This document shows positions 52,640 to 64,000 of a stretch of 64,000 nucleotides of DNA, piece by piece. Under the pieces are notes generated by a model. It ran no database searches, was not told the origin of the DNA, and was given only the letters and a program-made list of their open reading frames with translations. The stretch is from Octopus vulgaris (Eukaryota): assembly GCA_951406725.2 (NCBI GenBank), contig OX597816.1, positions 139,004,001 through 139,068,000 on the forward strand. Direction: 5' to 3'. A program made the position numbers and the translations under genes. Numbering within the stretch: the stretch's first letter is position 1; each line of letters starts with the position of its first letter.

Positions 52640-55600
52640 TTATATATATATATATATTCATGTATGTATGTACGTATATATGTATGTATGTAAGCATGTA
52701 TGTATGTATAGACACAAATATACAGTGATGACATACACTAATCGGGACCGAAACCAGTCTTGTTCCTTGCAAACATCTCTTTCAGAAACGTTTCGTCAGA
52801 TGTGTGTGTGTGTATCTGTGTGTGTGTGCGTGTGTATCTGTGTATGTGTGTGCATATTTATAGAGAGAGACTAAGAATAGAGGAGAGATTGGTAGATGGA
52901 TGGATACTATAATAAATATATAGAAATGGAAGAAGAAAGAATATGTTGCGTGTTCGGTTACTCAGTCAGGCTTAGTTGTCCAATGAAATCAGCATTTGGT
53001 ATCATGTGATCCAAAATTGAGGGAGTGTGTCATTGGCCATGAATCACGAATGGTTGGCAACTCTTTTCACCAATCCATTAACCTTGAAGCAACCTGTTTA
53101 AAAAGTTGGAGCAAAAATTGAGACCTTCTAATGCCTTCTCTAATGTTTCAAAGTTTGATTGATGGTGCTCATAGTGTTATGTTTGTGACGGCTGATATGT
53201 GTGTGTGTGTGTGTGTGTTTGTCTGTGCACGAGACCGTTCATGTGTGTGTGTGTGTGTGTTTGTGTGCGCGTTCGTGTGTGGGCGTGTAGGTGCGCGTAC
53301 GTGTTTGAGAATGTATATGTGTGTGCATATTTGTGTGTGTGTGTAGGCGTGTTCGTGTTTGGGTGCGTGTGCGAGTTTGTATGTGTGTGTGTTCGTGTGT
53401 GTGTATGTGTGTATGTATGTGCGTGCGCGCACGACCTTGCGCGTCTATGATTGTATAACGCGGTTGGACATGTTGATTTACTATTGTTGAGCTGATGATT
53501 TCGTATTGTTGTGAGAATGATTCTCTCAGTGTTTTGTTAGTGGTAGATGTTAGTGGTGGTGATGATGATGGTGTTTGTGGTGGCATGATGTTGGCGATGA
53601 CATATCAGTGGTGGCGGTGGGGTGGTGGTGTTAATGGTACTTGTGTCCATTAGATTTGAATTTGAAGAGTATACAATGCCGGTGTCGTCTCTGGTTTGTA
53701 GAATCAGTGGTAGGTTTAGTGGTGTGTATTGTAATAGAAATAATAGCATATGCATTAAAATTGTGGCTTTTTTTCTTTAGTAATTTTGTGGATAGATGCG
53801 ATGTGTTGTAGTTAAAGGTGTCTCAGCTAGTAATCACGTGTATTCGTGAGACTCATTATTGTTGGTGATGCAGTTATTAAACCCAAGTCAACTCTGATTA
53901 AAGCTCTTAACTTATTACTCTGTTTATTTTCGCTCGGAGATGTCCAGTAAATATATATTTGAACGGAAATGTACGTTCACTGTACGCTGAAGTATCTGTC
54001 ACTTATTTCAAACCAGAAATACTTCGCTCAGAACGTTATTCCCGTTTTCTGTCAAACCCATATTAACCCACTGTCCTCGTTTAAGGACACTTGTATTTGG
54101 TTCATTTACTACAATAAAGGGGAACTGGACGTAAAATAGTGCTTGCTGTATTTATTTAACTATTGTGTTTGGTTTATTTACTGCAATGAACATTCACAGG
54201 ACGCTTCCGTATGTTTGTTATCCCTATTTATATAATTGTCTCCAAAATTTCGACAGGGTTAACCTGGATTAAAATGGGGTAATTATCAGTAATTATCATT
54301 TCTATCAGTAACTTTATAATAAATCATCACTAATAATTTGTGTACTTATCCTTCTTTATATACAGATTTAAAATAAAAAAAATAAAAAATGTGCATGGTA
54401 ATTGAACAAAAATGTGTATGTCATGAGGTTAAGCAGACCCAGATGAAAAACACTCAAGCCTTTTTCTTATGTACTTATATTATTAGGCTATTCAAAGTAA
54501 CAAATGGAGAGGTATTGGATACTTTATTGCTGTGTTGTGGTTCTGAATACCCTAACTGACTAAGTATATGGTCAAACACTTTCCTACTATTATCATTCTA
54601 CGTTTTAGGAATATTAAATGGCTCTATTAATCGCCACAATTGCACCTATTGTGTACCCAAACATGTCTTCATTGCTGAAGAATTTCCTATTAATATTACA
54701 AGAGTTATAGTATGGTGCTACTTATCACCCAAGGATTAATTAGACCATTCTTCTTTGACGGTACTATGACTGTATTCACTTTCATTTGCCACGACAATCT
54801 GTCATGTCAAGAATTATGTATGAACTACGTTATATAATGTGGTATTATCTTCCTTTTTTTCAGTACAGCTGGATTTGATGTGAGGGAGGATTGCCTGCCA
54901 TGTCTTGCGGATCAACCGCTCATATAATGGTTTCTTCGGAGGCTTGAATGTTGAAAATAGTACATGATTGTGTTTTCTGGAATGTACTGGAAGCGGACAT
55001 GATGGAGTGAGGCGGAAAATACCGGTTTATGTTAGTGACTAAGAGGTGAGATTATGGATAATAGAGAAACAACGGGCAAAAATGACAAACAAGAAAGAAA
55101 GATAAAGACAAGAATAATATCGAAAAGAATTGAAAGATTACGAAAAAAAAAAGAGAGATAAAAAGACATAAAGAAAACAGAGATGCGGAGATATATATTG
55201 AGACACAACTTTCAGCTGTAAAAACAGAAATTGATTAAAGTAAATGTAGTTGTAAATAAATGGAAAAGGACGTGATGAAGGTGGGGGAGAAGAGCAGCAG
55301 AGACGGAAAAGGAAAAGGAACTAAGGCAGGGAAGAAGAGTAATGTGGGGGTTATAAAGTGAAGGCAGGGTGTTGTTTTTACGAAAATTGCTGTCAAATAG
55401 AGTGGGGCAAAGACAAAGAAGAATTCTTCGAAATCGAAGTTCAATGAACTTGTGGGTCACTGGAAAGAAAGAAGAGAAGGAAGAAGAAAAGAGGAAAATT
55501 TATGATTTAAGGAAAGAGATAAATAGATACTGAAAGAAGAGAGAGTGAGCAGGATACAGAACAAGGGGAGAGTTCAGGGAGCAATTCCTGTCAAAAGGTT

Positions 55601-57180
55601 TAGTGATTCTTGTGATAAATGTGGACAGCGTAGTGAATAAAGAGCTAATTCCATATTAGGTAATTATAGTGAGAAAATATCAGATATACTACCATCCCAT
55701 TACATATACCCACCGAAAGTGTTGATTTATTGGCCCCGGTGGCTTCTTACTGTTGCTTAAACCATTTCTTACCCTGCCTGTCTGGGATGATGCAACATGC
55801 CATAATCTTCAGTGTCGAAGGTTAAGGTGACGGGACAAGCAATTACATAGACAAGTAGCCAGGCCTAACTGATCATGTTCACACCCAATATATTGTTAAA
55901 TATGTGAAAATGATATTTCAGATTAAAAGTTATTGAGAGGGAAAAAAAAAACTACATAATTCATAACGTTGCTTCTCTGTCAGTCGTGAAGGACAACTAG
56001 AACGCGCGCGTGCATGCACGAAGACACATAACAATCATGTCACTATACTCAGCAATCGTATGAGTAAGGGAGGTAATCCAACGGACATAAGTGTTTCTCT
56101 TCCATCCTTTGTCTGATATTATATATTTTTATATGTGTATGCATTTATGTATTTGCGTGATGATGTGTCTCTTTATGTTGATACCGATTTAAATAGTTGG
56201 AGTTCTTGTTAATTAGCGTCTCCACAAACAGATTTGGTGAAATATGTAATAGACTTTAAAAAAAGTACTTCGATTAACAACTTTCAATGCAATTGTGTTC
56301 TAGCATAGACTCAACGAAATTACTGGTACAAGAGAAAGAATAAAAACGTTCTTATGAATATATTATACACTTTTGAACTGATATCTTTTCGCTTTTTGTC
56401 TTGTTCTTTCACTATCTCTAGACACATACATATACACACGCATATATATGTTTGTGTGTGTGCGAGTGTGTGTGATAGTGTGTGTCTGAGTGTATATGTG
56501 TATGCATGTATGTATGTGTGTAGGAATGTATGTAAAAATTGCGCTATTAAATTTGAAACAAAGTGAAAACAAGCAAACTAAAAAACTATGCAGAATGTAG
56601 TCAAGCAAAAGTACATATTTAAAAATGTAGAAATATAAAGTGACAAAAACAACAAACAAAGAAGTGTGTCATAGAGTTTAGTACAGCAAAGAAAGAAACA
56701 GAAGGGAATCTGTTTCAGGCGATACTCTTTTACAGAGAGAACAAAAGTTTCTAGTGAAACGAAAAGAAGGACAGGAGAAGGACAAGAAAATATACAATTG
56801 CAAACACACATACGTTTGCGCGCACACACAAACACATTCACATTCACACACATTCACACTCACACACAACACCATCTACTTACGAGGTACGTCACAGAAA
56901 ATATACAATGGAGGACACTTATAATCAAACGTAATGTTAACAAAGTTTTCTCGTTCCCATAATTAGGGGGCTCCAATAACTTAACGCTATTGTTTATTGT
57001 TATCGAAAATGATTCGCTACAAAGTGATCACGATAGGCTCTTGCCACTGCTTATGGCCGTATGTATGTATGTATGTATGTATGCATGTATGTATGTATGT
57101 ATGTATGTATGTATGTATGTATGTATGTATGTATGTATGTATGTATGTATGTATGTATGTGTGTGTGTGTGTATGCATAT

Positions 57181-57379
57181 ACTTTCTCCGTCCGGGTTGC
57201 GGATCCGTGGAATAAGCTGCCAGACGAGATGGTGAAGATGCCGACGACCGCTCGGTTCAAAGTCTCTCTTGACCTCAAGTGGCCTGAACTCTTTACATGA
57301 ACACAACCCTGTACATAACTCCATGTCCCCCAACATGCCTTGCTTTTTGCTTTTTGAGCCAAAAAAATAACTAACTAAC
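57181..57379 (+). mobile_element. CR1-clade LINE 3' end with short 3' UTR and (TAAC)n tail
   Basis: FSVRVADPWNKLPDEMV......FKVSLD matches the CR1 ORF2 C-terminal FSxRVVxxWNxLP...FKxxLD motif. Confidence 0.88.
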
Positions 57380-57544
57380 ATGTGTGCATGAATGTATGTA
57401 TGCACGCGTATATATATGTACGTATTTAAGTATGTATATATGTATGCAATTTGTTTTTATGTCAAGCCATAATAAAAAAAAATTTTACTTTAAACTGAAA
57501 GACTACTGAAAACTTTCAGTAAAGTACATATGTATTATTCTTCA

Positions 57545-57657
57545 ACAAGATTAGGGTTGAGAGTGACTTCGAAGTTTTCGCTTGCTAACCTATCATCGGA
57601 CTGTGCGATGATGTAGCAGGTCGAAAAATCGGAGTCACTTAACATATTAATCTCGTT
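57545..57657 (+). other. ~110-nt imperfect inverted repeat (long hairpin)
   Basis: Stems AGTGACTTCGA/TCGGAGTCACT, TTTTCG/CGAAAA, CTTGCTA/TAGCAGG and ATCATCG/CGATGAT around a 7-nt loop. Confidence 0.8.
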
Positions 57658-57726
57658 AAATATCTATCTATCTATCTGTCTGCCTGTCTGCCTGTCTGTC
57701 TCTCTATCTGTCTGTCCATCTGTCTG

Positions 57727-57802
<76 letters not shown>

Positions 57803-57823
57803 CCTACCTACCTACCCACCTGC

Positions 57824-57924
<101 letters not shown>

Positions 57925-59270
57925 TGAGAGTGTATGTGCGCGCGCGTGTATTTACACTTTTCAGACTGAATATGTATATTACTTTTTACGTAATATATAT
58001 ATATATATATATATTATGTATAAATCAATATATATATATATTCAGTTATAAATGTGTAAATACACTCACACGCGCGCGCATACACATTCTCACGCATATA
58101 TATATGCCTTACTATGCAAATACTCTCTATATGTAATACATACATATATATATATATCATATAATTAAGGGCTAAAGAGGGTTATTCTAAAGATATATAT
58201 ATATATAAATATTGCATATACATGTGCCTATAAGCGGGTATATGTGCGTGGGATAGCGTGTGTGTGTATGTATGTATGTATGTATTGCCCGTGTGTGTGT
58301 GTGTGTCTGTGTGTGCGTGCGCGCGTGTGTTTGTGTGTGTAAAGTGGAGTTGGGAGTATGGATACAAATATTTGTAAACAACTAAGATACCAGACAAGAA
58401 ACTCATAGAATGTACAACCATAAACGTCTGGAAAATCATTACAATGTGCCTTTGGCTTTCAGTTTTACGACTAGAGAAGCTTTTGTTTCTTCTCAATGCA
58501 ACAACAATAACAGTAACAACAACAGAAATACCCCACCACCACCACCACCACCACTAACAACAGCAACAACAACAAAAACAATACTACATCACTTTCGAAG
58601 AATCAGTCAAGTGTCTCTTGACGAAATGATTACTGTGGAGATGAGATCGTTTTCTGGCAAAACGATCTTACAGATGATTTCGTAATTGCTACGATGTCTT
58701 TATTAGATAGTTAATCAGACGAAAAGCCAGTATATTTTAATGATCAACAACACATACGTCATCACGAAACAAGTAGAGTACCGGTGAAACAACGAAAATA
58801 TAACATAAACGAACTGATAAGGATAAAGACTGCGTGCATGTGCCTGTATGCTTATATATATTATATATATATGAGTGTGTGTGTGTGTGTGTGTTTGTGT
58901 CTGTGTGTGTGTGTGTATGTGCGTGTGCGTGTGTGCGTGTGTGTGTGAGCACGTGTGTATACGTACATATATCAATGCAGATATATGCATGCACATACTC
59001 CCACAAATACCCGTGTGTATGAAGACTTATACCAATGTGCATATGAGCGCGTGTATACATATATCTTATATCTTATATATATATGTGTGTGTGTGTGTGT
59101 GTATGTTTGTGTGTATATATGTATATATATATATATATTTACATATGTATATACATATATACACACACACATGTATATATATATATATATATAGTATCTA
59201 TATTTAATGTTTATATTTATATATACACCCGTATATATGTTCATATATATATGTGTCTATGTATGCATGC

Positions 59271-59334
<64 letters not shown>

Positions 59335-59489
59335 GTATGTATAACTATATATGTGTGTATATATACATATGCCAGCCAGTTATATCTTATTGTGTTAATG
59401 AGTGATATAGACACAGAAAAATAGAGGGACCTTGAGAGAGAGGGGGGAGTTGTGCGCTTGTGTGTGCATGTGTGTTTGTAATTGTGTGC

Positions 59490-59528
<39 letters not shown>

Positions 59529-60061
59529 AATACAAACTAACCAAAGTAGACATAATGAAAAGATTTGAAGTAAAAAAAAAAAACTGAAAGAGTTTATAAC
59601 ACTGTTGTTTATATGGTTCTTCATTATTCCTACTGTGTTCTGTTTGTTTTCCTGCTTATTCCGGTTGTTCCTGTTATTGTTGTTGCTGTTGCTCTAGTAA
59701 TAGATATTATTCTCCTTTTTTTTTTGTTTAATTTTCTTATCTTTATTGTTTCTGCAGAGTATTTTTTCCTTCTGTGTAATTTCCTTTTCCGCCATTTTCC
59801 CCGCTTTTATTACAATACCACCTATCTCCTCACAAGACAAAGCTATTTCGTTTGTGATGTCGTCAGTTTTGCCATTCCATATTTTTGTTTTTTTATCTCT
59901 GAAACACTTGTTTTTTTATTTGTTGATGTACTTTTTCCTCTTATAAAATCTTGCTATTGTTGTTTGCAAACGTTGTTCAAATTATATCAGTTTTAGTAAG
60001 CATCTTGGAAATTAGCGAATCGGAACTGTCATTTCTATACTAGGTAGTCAGACAGTCGTTT

Positions 60062-60188
<127 letters not shown>

Positions 60189-60261
60189 TAGATAGATAAA
60201 TAGATAGATAGATATATATGTATGTATGTATGTATGGATGTATGTAAATGAATAATTATAT

Positions 60262-60440
60262 AATGTCAGGTCGCTCTTCAGTGCGAACAGTACAACCTGT
60301 TCCATAGTCGAGTCGTCGGCGACTAAACTGGCAACCCCACCAGGCTTGCTTGGTGAGGTGGGTGCTTGTTAAACACCTTGCGGGACAAAAAATAAGACCC
60401 GTCAAAGGGCGGTAGAACTACAAAGTAGTCAACGGCCATT
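60262..60440 (+). mobile_element. 5' fragment of the RTE-derived element seen at 6470-7022
   Basis: gtcggcgactaaactggcaaccccacca...ggtgagg...gacccgtcaaagggcgg is shared. Confidence 0.85.
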
Positions 60441-60659
60441 CAACTACGTGTGTTTGTGTGTGTGTATTGTATATATTGCATTTTAAACTCTGTGTATATG
60501 TGTATGGTAAATACTATATTTCAGCATCTCTATGTACATATTGTATATTATGTTTTTAAATTGCATATATTGTATGTCAATCTTATTTTTAAATTTACTC
60601 AGTTTTTATCCCAATTTTTAATTTGTATTTATTTCTCTCATTTTTTAAAAATAAATAGA

Positions 60660-61150
60660 TGAGGGGTGGACAGCGTTCCTCTGTTTCCCAAGCCATGGCG
60701 AAGGCAATCTAGGAGAAAGTAACTCTGAATATAAATACTTCACTGCTGTCTTGTAGCCTTTGGTTGGGCAAAGACTGGGAGAAGGACACTCTGATATAAA
60801 ACCTGCGACTGCAAATGCACCCAATGATGTCGACTTGCTCTTCTTTTTGGGATCATGCTTTATAGTTTAGAGAGTGGGAATGGTTGCTGGGAAAAACTTT
60901 TCCTCATTTTAAAAAGTGTCAAGCACAGGTATTGCTAGAGAGGAAAAAGAAATGGACTTCTTGTATGTATATGGCTGGCCGAAGCTTAAAAAGGCACATC
61001 TAAACAATGAAAGTTCATACTTTGTTCTGTGGTCTGGCCCGCCAGGTGTCCCAGGGCACCACAGCCTGGATCCAGTCGTCGATTGCGAGTAAATTCAAGA
61101 TGCAAGACAATGAACGTAGGATGTTGGAATGTTCGAACGTTCATGGCGCG
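60660..61150 (+). mobile_element. RTE/BovB-like LINE 5' UTR and start of the endonuclease, cut by (TA)n
   Basis: Duplicated (ct)aggagaa.g.a.actctga.t..aaa UTR motif followed by [13 protein letters not shown] (APE motif I). Confidence 0.75.
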
Positions 61151-61159
61151 AAATATATG

Positions 61160-61217
<58 letters not shown>

Positions 61218-61287
61218 CATATATATATACATACATATATATCAACAAATATATGTATATTTATATATACATATATATATATATACG

Positions 61288-61321
<34 letters not shown>

Positions 61322-61323
61322 CG

Positions 61324-61377
<54 letters not shown>

Positions 61378-61378
61378 T

Positions 61379-61776
61379 ACTCTTTACTCTTTTACTTGTT
61401 TCAGTCATTTTGACTGCGGCCATGCTGGAGCACCGCCTTTAGTCGAGCAAATCGATGCCGGGACTTATTCTTTGTAAGCCCAGTACTTATTTTATTGGTC
61501 TCTTTTGCCGAACCGCTAAGTAACGGGGACATAAACACACCAGCATCAGTTGTCAAGCAATGCTAGGGGGACAAATACAGACACACAAACATACACATAC
61601 ATATATATATATACGACAGGCTTCTTTCAGTTTCCGTCTACCAAATCCACTCACAAGGCATTGGTCGGCCCGGGACTATAGCAGAAGACACTTGCCCAAG
61701 ATTCCACGCAGTGGGACTGAACTCGGAACCATGTGGTTGGTTAGCAAGCTACTTACCACACAGCCACTCCTGCGCC
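61379..61776 (-). mobile_element. Full-length tRNA/CORE-type SINE with internal microsatellite (best copy in the window)
   Basis: Minus-strand GGCGCAGGAGTGGCTGTGTGGTAAG (A box), GAGTTCAGTCCC (B box), CTTGGGCAAGTGTCTT (CORE-like) and a (AAAGAGT)n-like tail. Confidence 0.93.
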
Positions 61777-62309
61777 TATATATATACATACATATATATA
61801 TTTATATACATACATACATATATATATATATATACACACATATATACATATTTATACATGTATATATGCATATATGTAAGTAAATATACGTATATATGCG
61901 TGTATGAATGTGTGTATTCACGTACACAATCGGTCACAGATATATACGAATTTTCTCACACAACCACATATAAACGCAAACACAGACACGCACACATACA
62001 CGCACTCACTCACACTCTCTCTCTCTCTATCTGTCTCTCTCTGTCTCTCTCTCTCTCACACACACACACATATTGGTTGCTGTCTGCGTATGTATGTGTA
62101 CAGGCATGCACATTCAATTCTCAACTTTTCTCAACAGTGATTAGTATGTTGTATTTTGAGTTACATAATAGATAAAAGCATAACTGTGTGTGTGTATGTG
62201 TGATCATGTGAACATGCGTGCATGTGCGTGCGTTAATTTCTTTTGTTTTATAATATAATATTATATACAAATGTTATAAAATTATAAATGTGGATAACAA
62301 CAGCGACAA

Positions 62310-62580
<271 letters not shown>

Positions 62581-62674
62581 TTATGATTTCATCGAATCAA
62601 TTTTGCTAATACGAAGACTTTGAATATGACCTGCTATGGAAACAGATATGACCTGCTGTGGAAAATAGTAGTAA

Positions 62675-62718
<44 letters not shown>

Positions 62719-62949
62719 ATATCTAGCATTCGCAGCAAATGCAACTATGAAGTGTAAAGTTTCAGTGATGTGTTTAAAGAGAATTAATTTTATTTTCTTT
62801 CTGCATTTCTGTTTGTGGTATTAAACGCAAGATAATTGTTAAGCGTTGTTTACATGCATTCGAACAAAACTAAACATCGCCTCACTGGAGAAACAATAAA
62901 GACTGTTTCTATTAAACACTCTGTAAAAACCTTTTGATCGTCGCCCTGA

Positions 62950-63770
62950 ATTGTCTGCAATTAAAAATCTCACTGTTGACAGAGAATATGCCAGGGGAAG
63001 CATCATTCTTTTGAATGGGTGGCATCCTAATAGTTTTGAGTGAGGCGCACACTTGAAATGGCACTACGTGAAGAATGTTCGCAAATTTCTCCAGCTGAAT
63101 TATCGGAAATGAACAAAGGTTGAATAGATAGAAAATAACTCTTGTCTTTGATTGTTTCACTTGAGTCTAAGTGATATTTTGACAAGTAAACAATAGGCAT
63201 CTATTATCTGAACGGATATAATAAGAACATAAAGAACACACATGATGTCTGAACGCTTTTACAATAACCTCGCAGATTTCAGGAGACGTGGTTGCTGTTG
63301 ATCCTTCCATGGTGATAACGTTCTACCAAATGGCGAATGTCGGATGAATACGGTTTTTGCTACGATGTTTACCATTCTTTAAATATTTTTTTTTTCCTTT
63401 CTATTAACGGAATAGATTTGTTGTACAGAATGACAAGCTAAACTAACCTATTTTCCATAGAAAATTTGAATGACACATCACTGCAGTAAGAACTACGAGT
63501 AATTATAAATACACTGATGCAAACTATCCTCTGCACCCTCTGCAGAATTTAAAATCAATAAGACTGGAATTATGGACTGAGAAACATATAACTTTGTCTA
63601 CAAACAACCACCGTGTATTTGAATAATAAATTTACTATATCTTTTATTGAGAAAGAAAATTTTGTGGTTGAGTGACATTTGAAAGAAGCTGTCAAAGTAA
63701 CAATGGCAATGGAACTTTTTGTTTTTGTTGTAATTTCTATAGATGTATACGACAATTTCAATAAATATTT
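62950..63770 (+). pseudogene. Very decayed Penelope-like reverse transcriptase remnant
   Basis: Collinear degenerate motifs across frames: AIKNL...RGSIILLN (ADKG region), YLNGYNK.HK (LYGLPKIHK), TFYQMA (TYxLAK), LCLQTTTVYLNNKF and RCI-DNF (RYVDD). Confidence 0.4.
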
Positions 63771-64000
63771 TAAACATAAATGTATTTAGACATTGTAAAA
63801 ATGATGTAAAATAATGGCATGGGTATTATAAAGCTGATGTAAGCTCCTGAAGGTCTAAAAGCTGGTTTCGTCTCACAGTGGACTGATTTTTTTTTTCTCA
63901 TTTGCGCCACTACGAAGAGACGCACAACCATGATTGTCATAACATTACTACCTGTTTCTCGTCATATTTCTAACTGTCACCTCGCGATGTTTCGTGGGGA

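Noticed and set aside
63855-63890. Minus-strand CTG-TGAGACGAAAC hammerhead-like string
   Set aside because: It is missing a core nucleotide and has no stem I or NUH in register.

Overview
AT-rich eukaryotic DNA with very dense microsatellites. The SINE families and repeat landscape look like a coleoid cephalopod, most likely Octopus (recognition, not a database result). I find no credible host protein-coding exon: almost all listed ORFs are translations of (TA)n, (CA)n, (TACA)n, (GATA)n, (TAA)n or (CAC)n tracts, or transposon remnants, so the window is probably intergenic or a large intron. Retroelements: R4/Dong-type RLE fragments in a (TAA)n array, RTE and CR1 LINE pieces, decayed Penelope-like elements (PLE) with minimal hammerhead ribozyme motifs, and at least four SINE families including a dimeric one. 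DNA transposons: a Tc1 element with DD36E-type spacing, a mariner, a Buster hAT transposase with hAT MITEs, a Tigger MITE, a Merlin fragment, two non-autonomous Helitrons and a Helentron-type (HINE) element. The most intriguing items are a 552-bp-period non-coding element with identical 226-bp direct repeats and RNA-like structure (51562-52339), a ~110-nt hairpin (57545-57657), a covarying structured 5' module of RTE-derived elements, and a non-coding passenger element in the TAA array.
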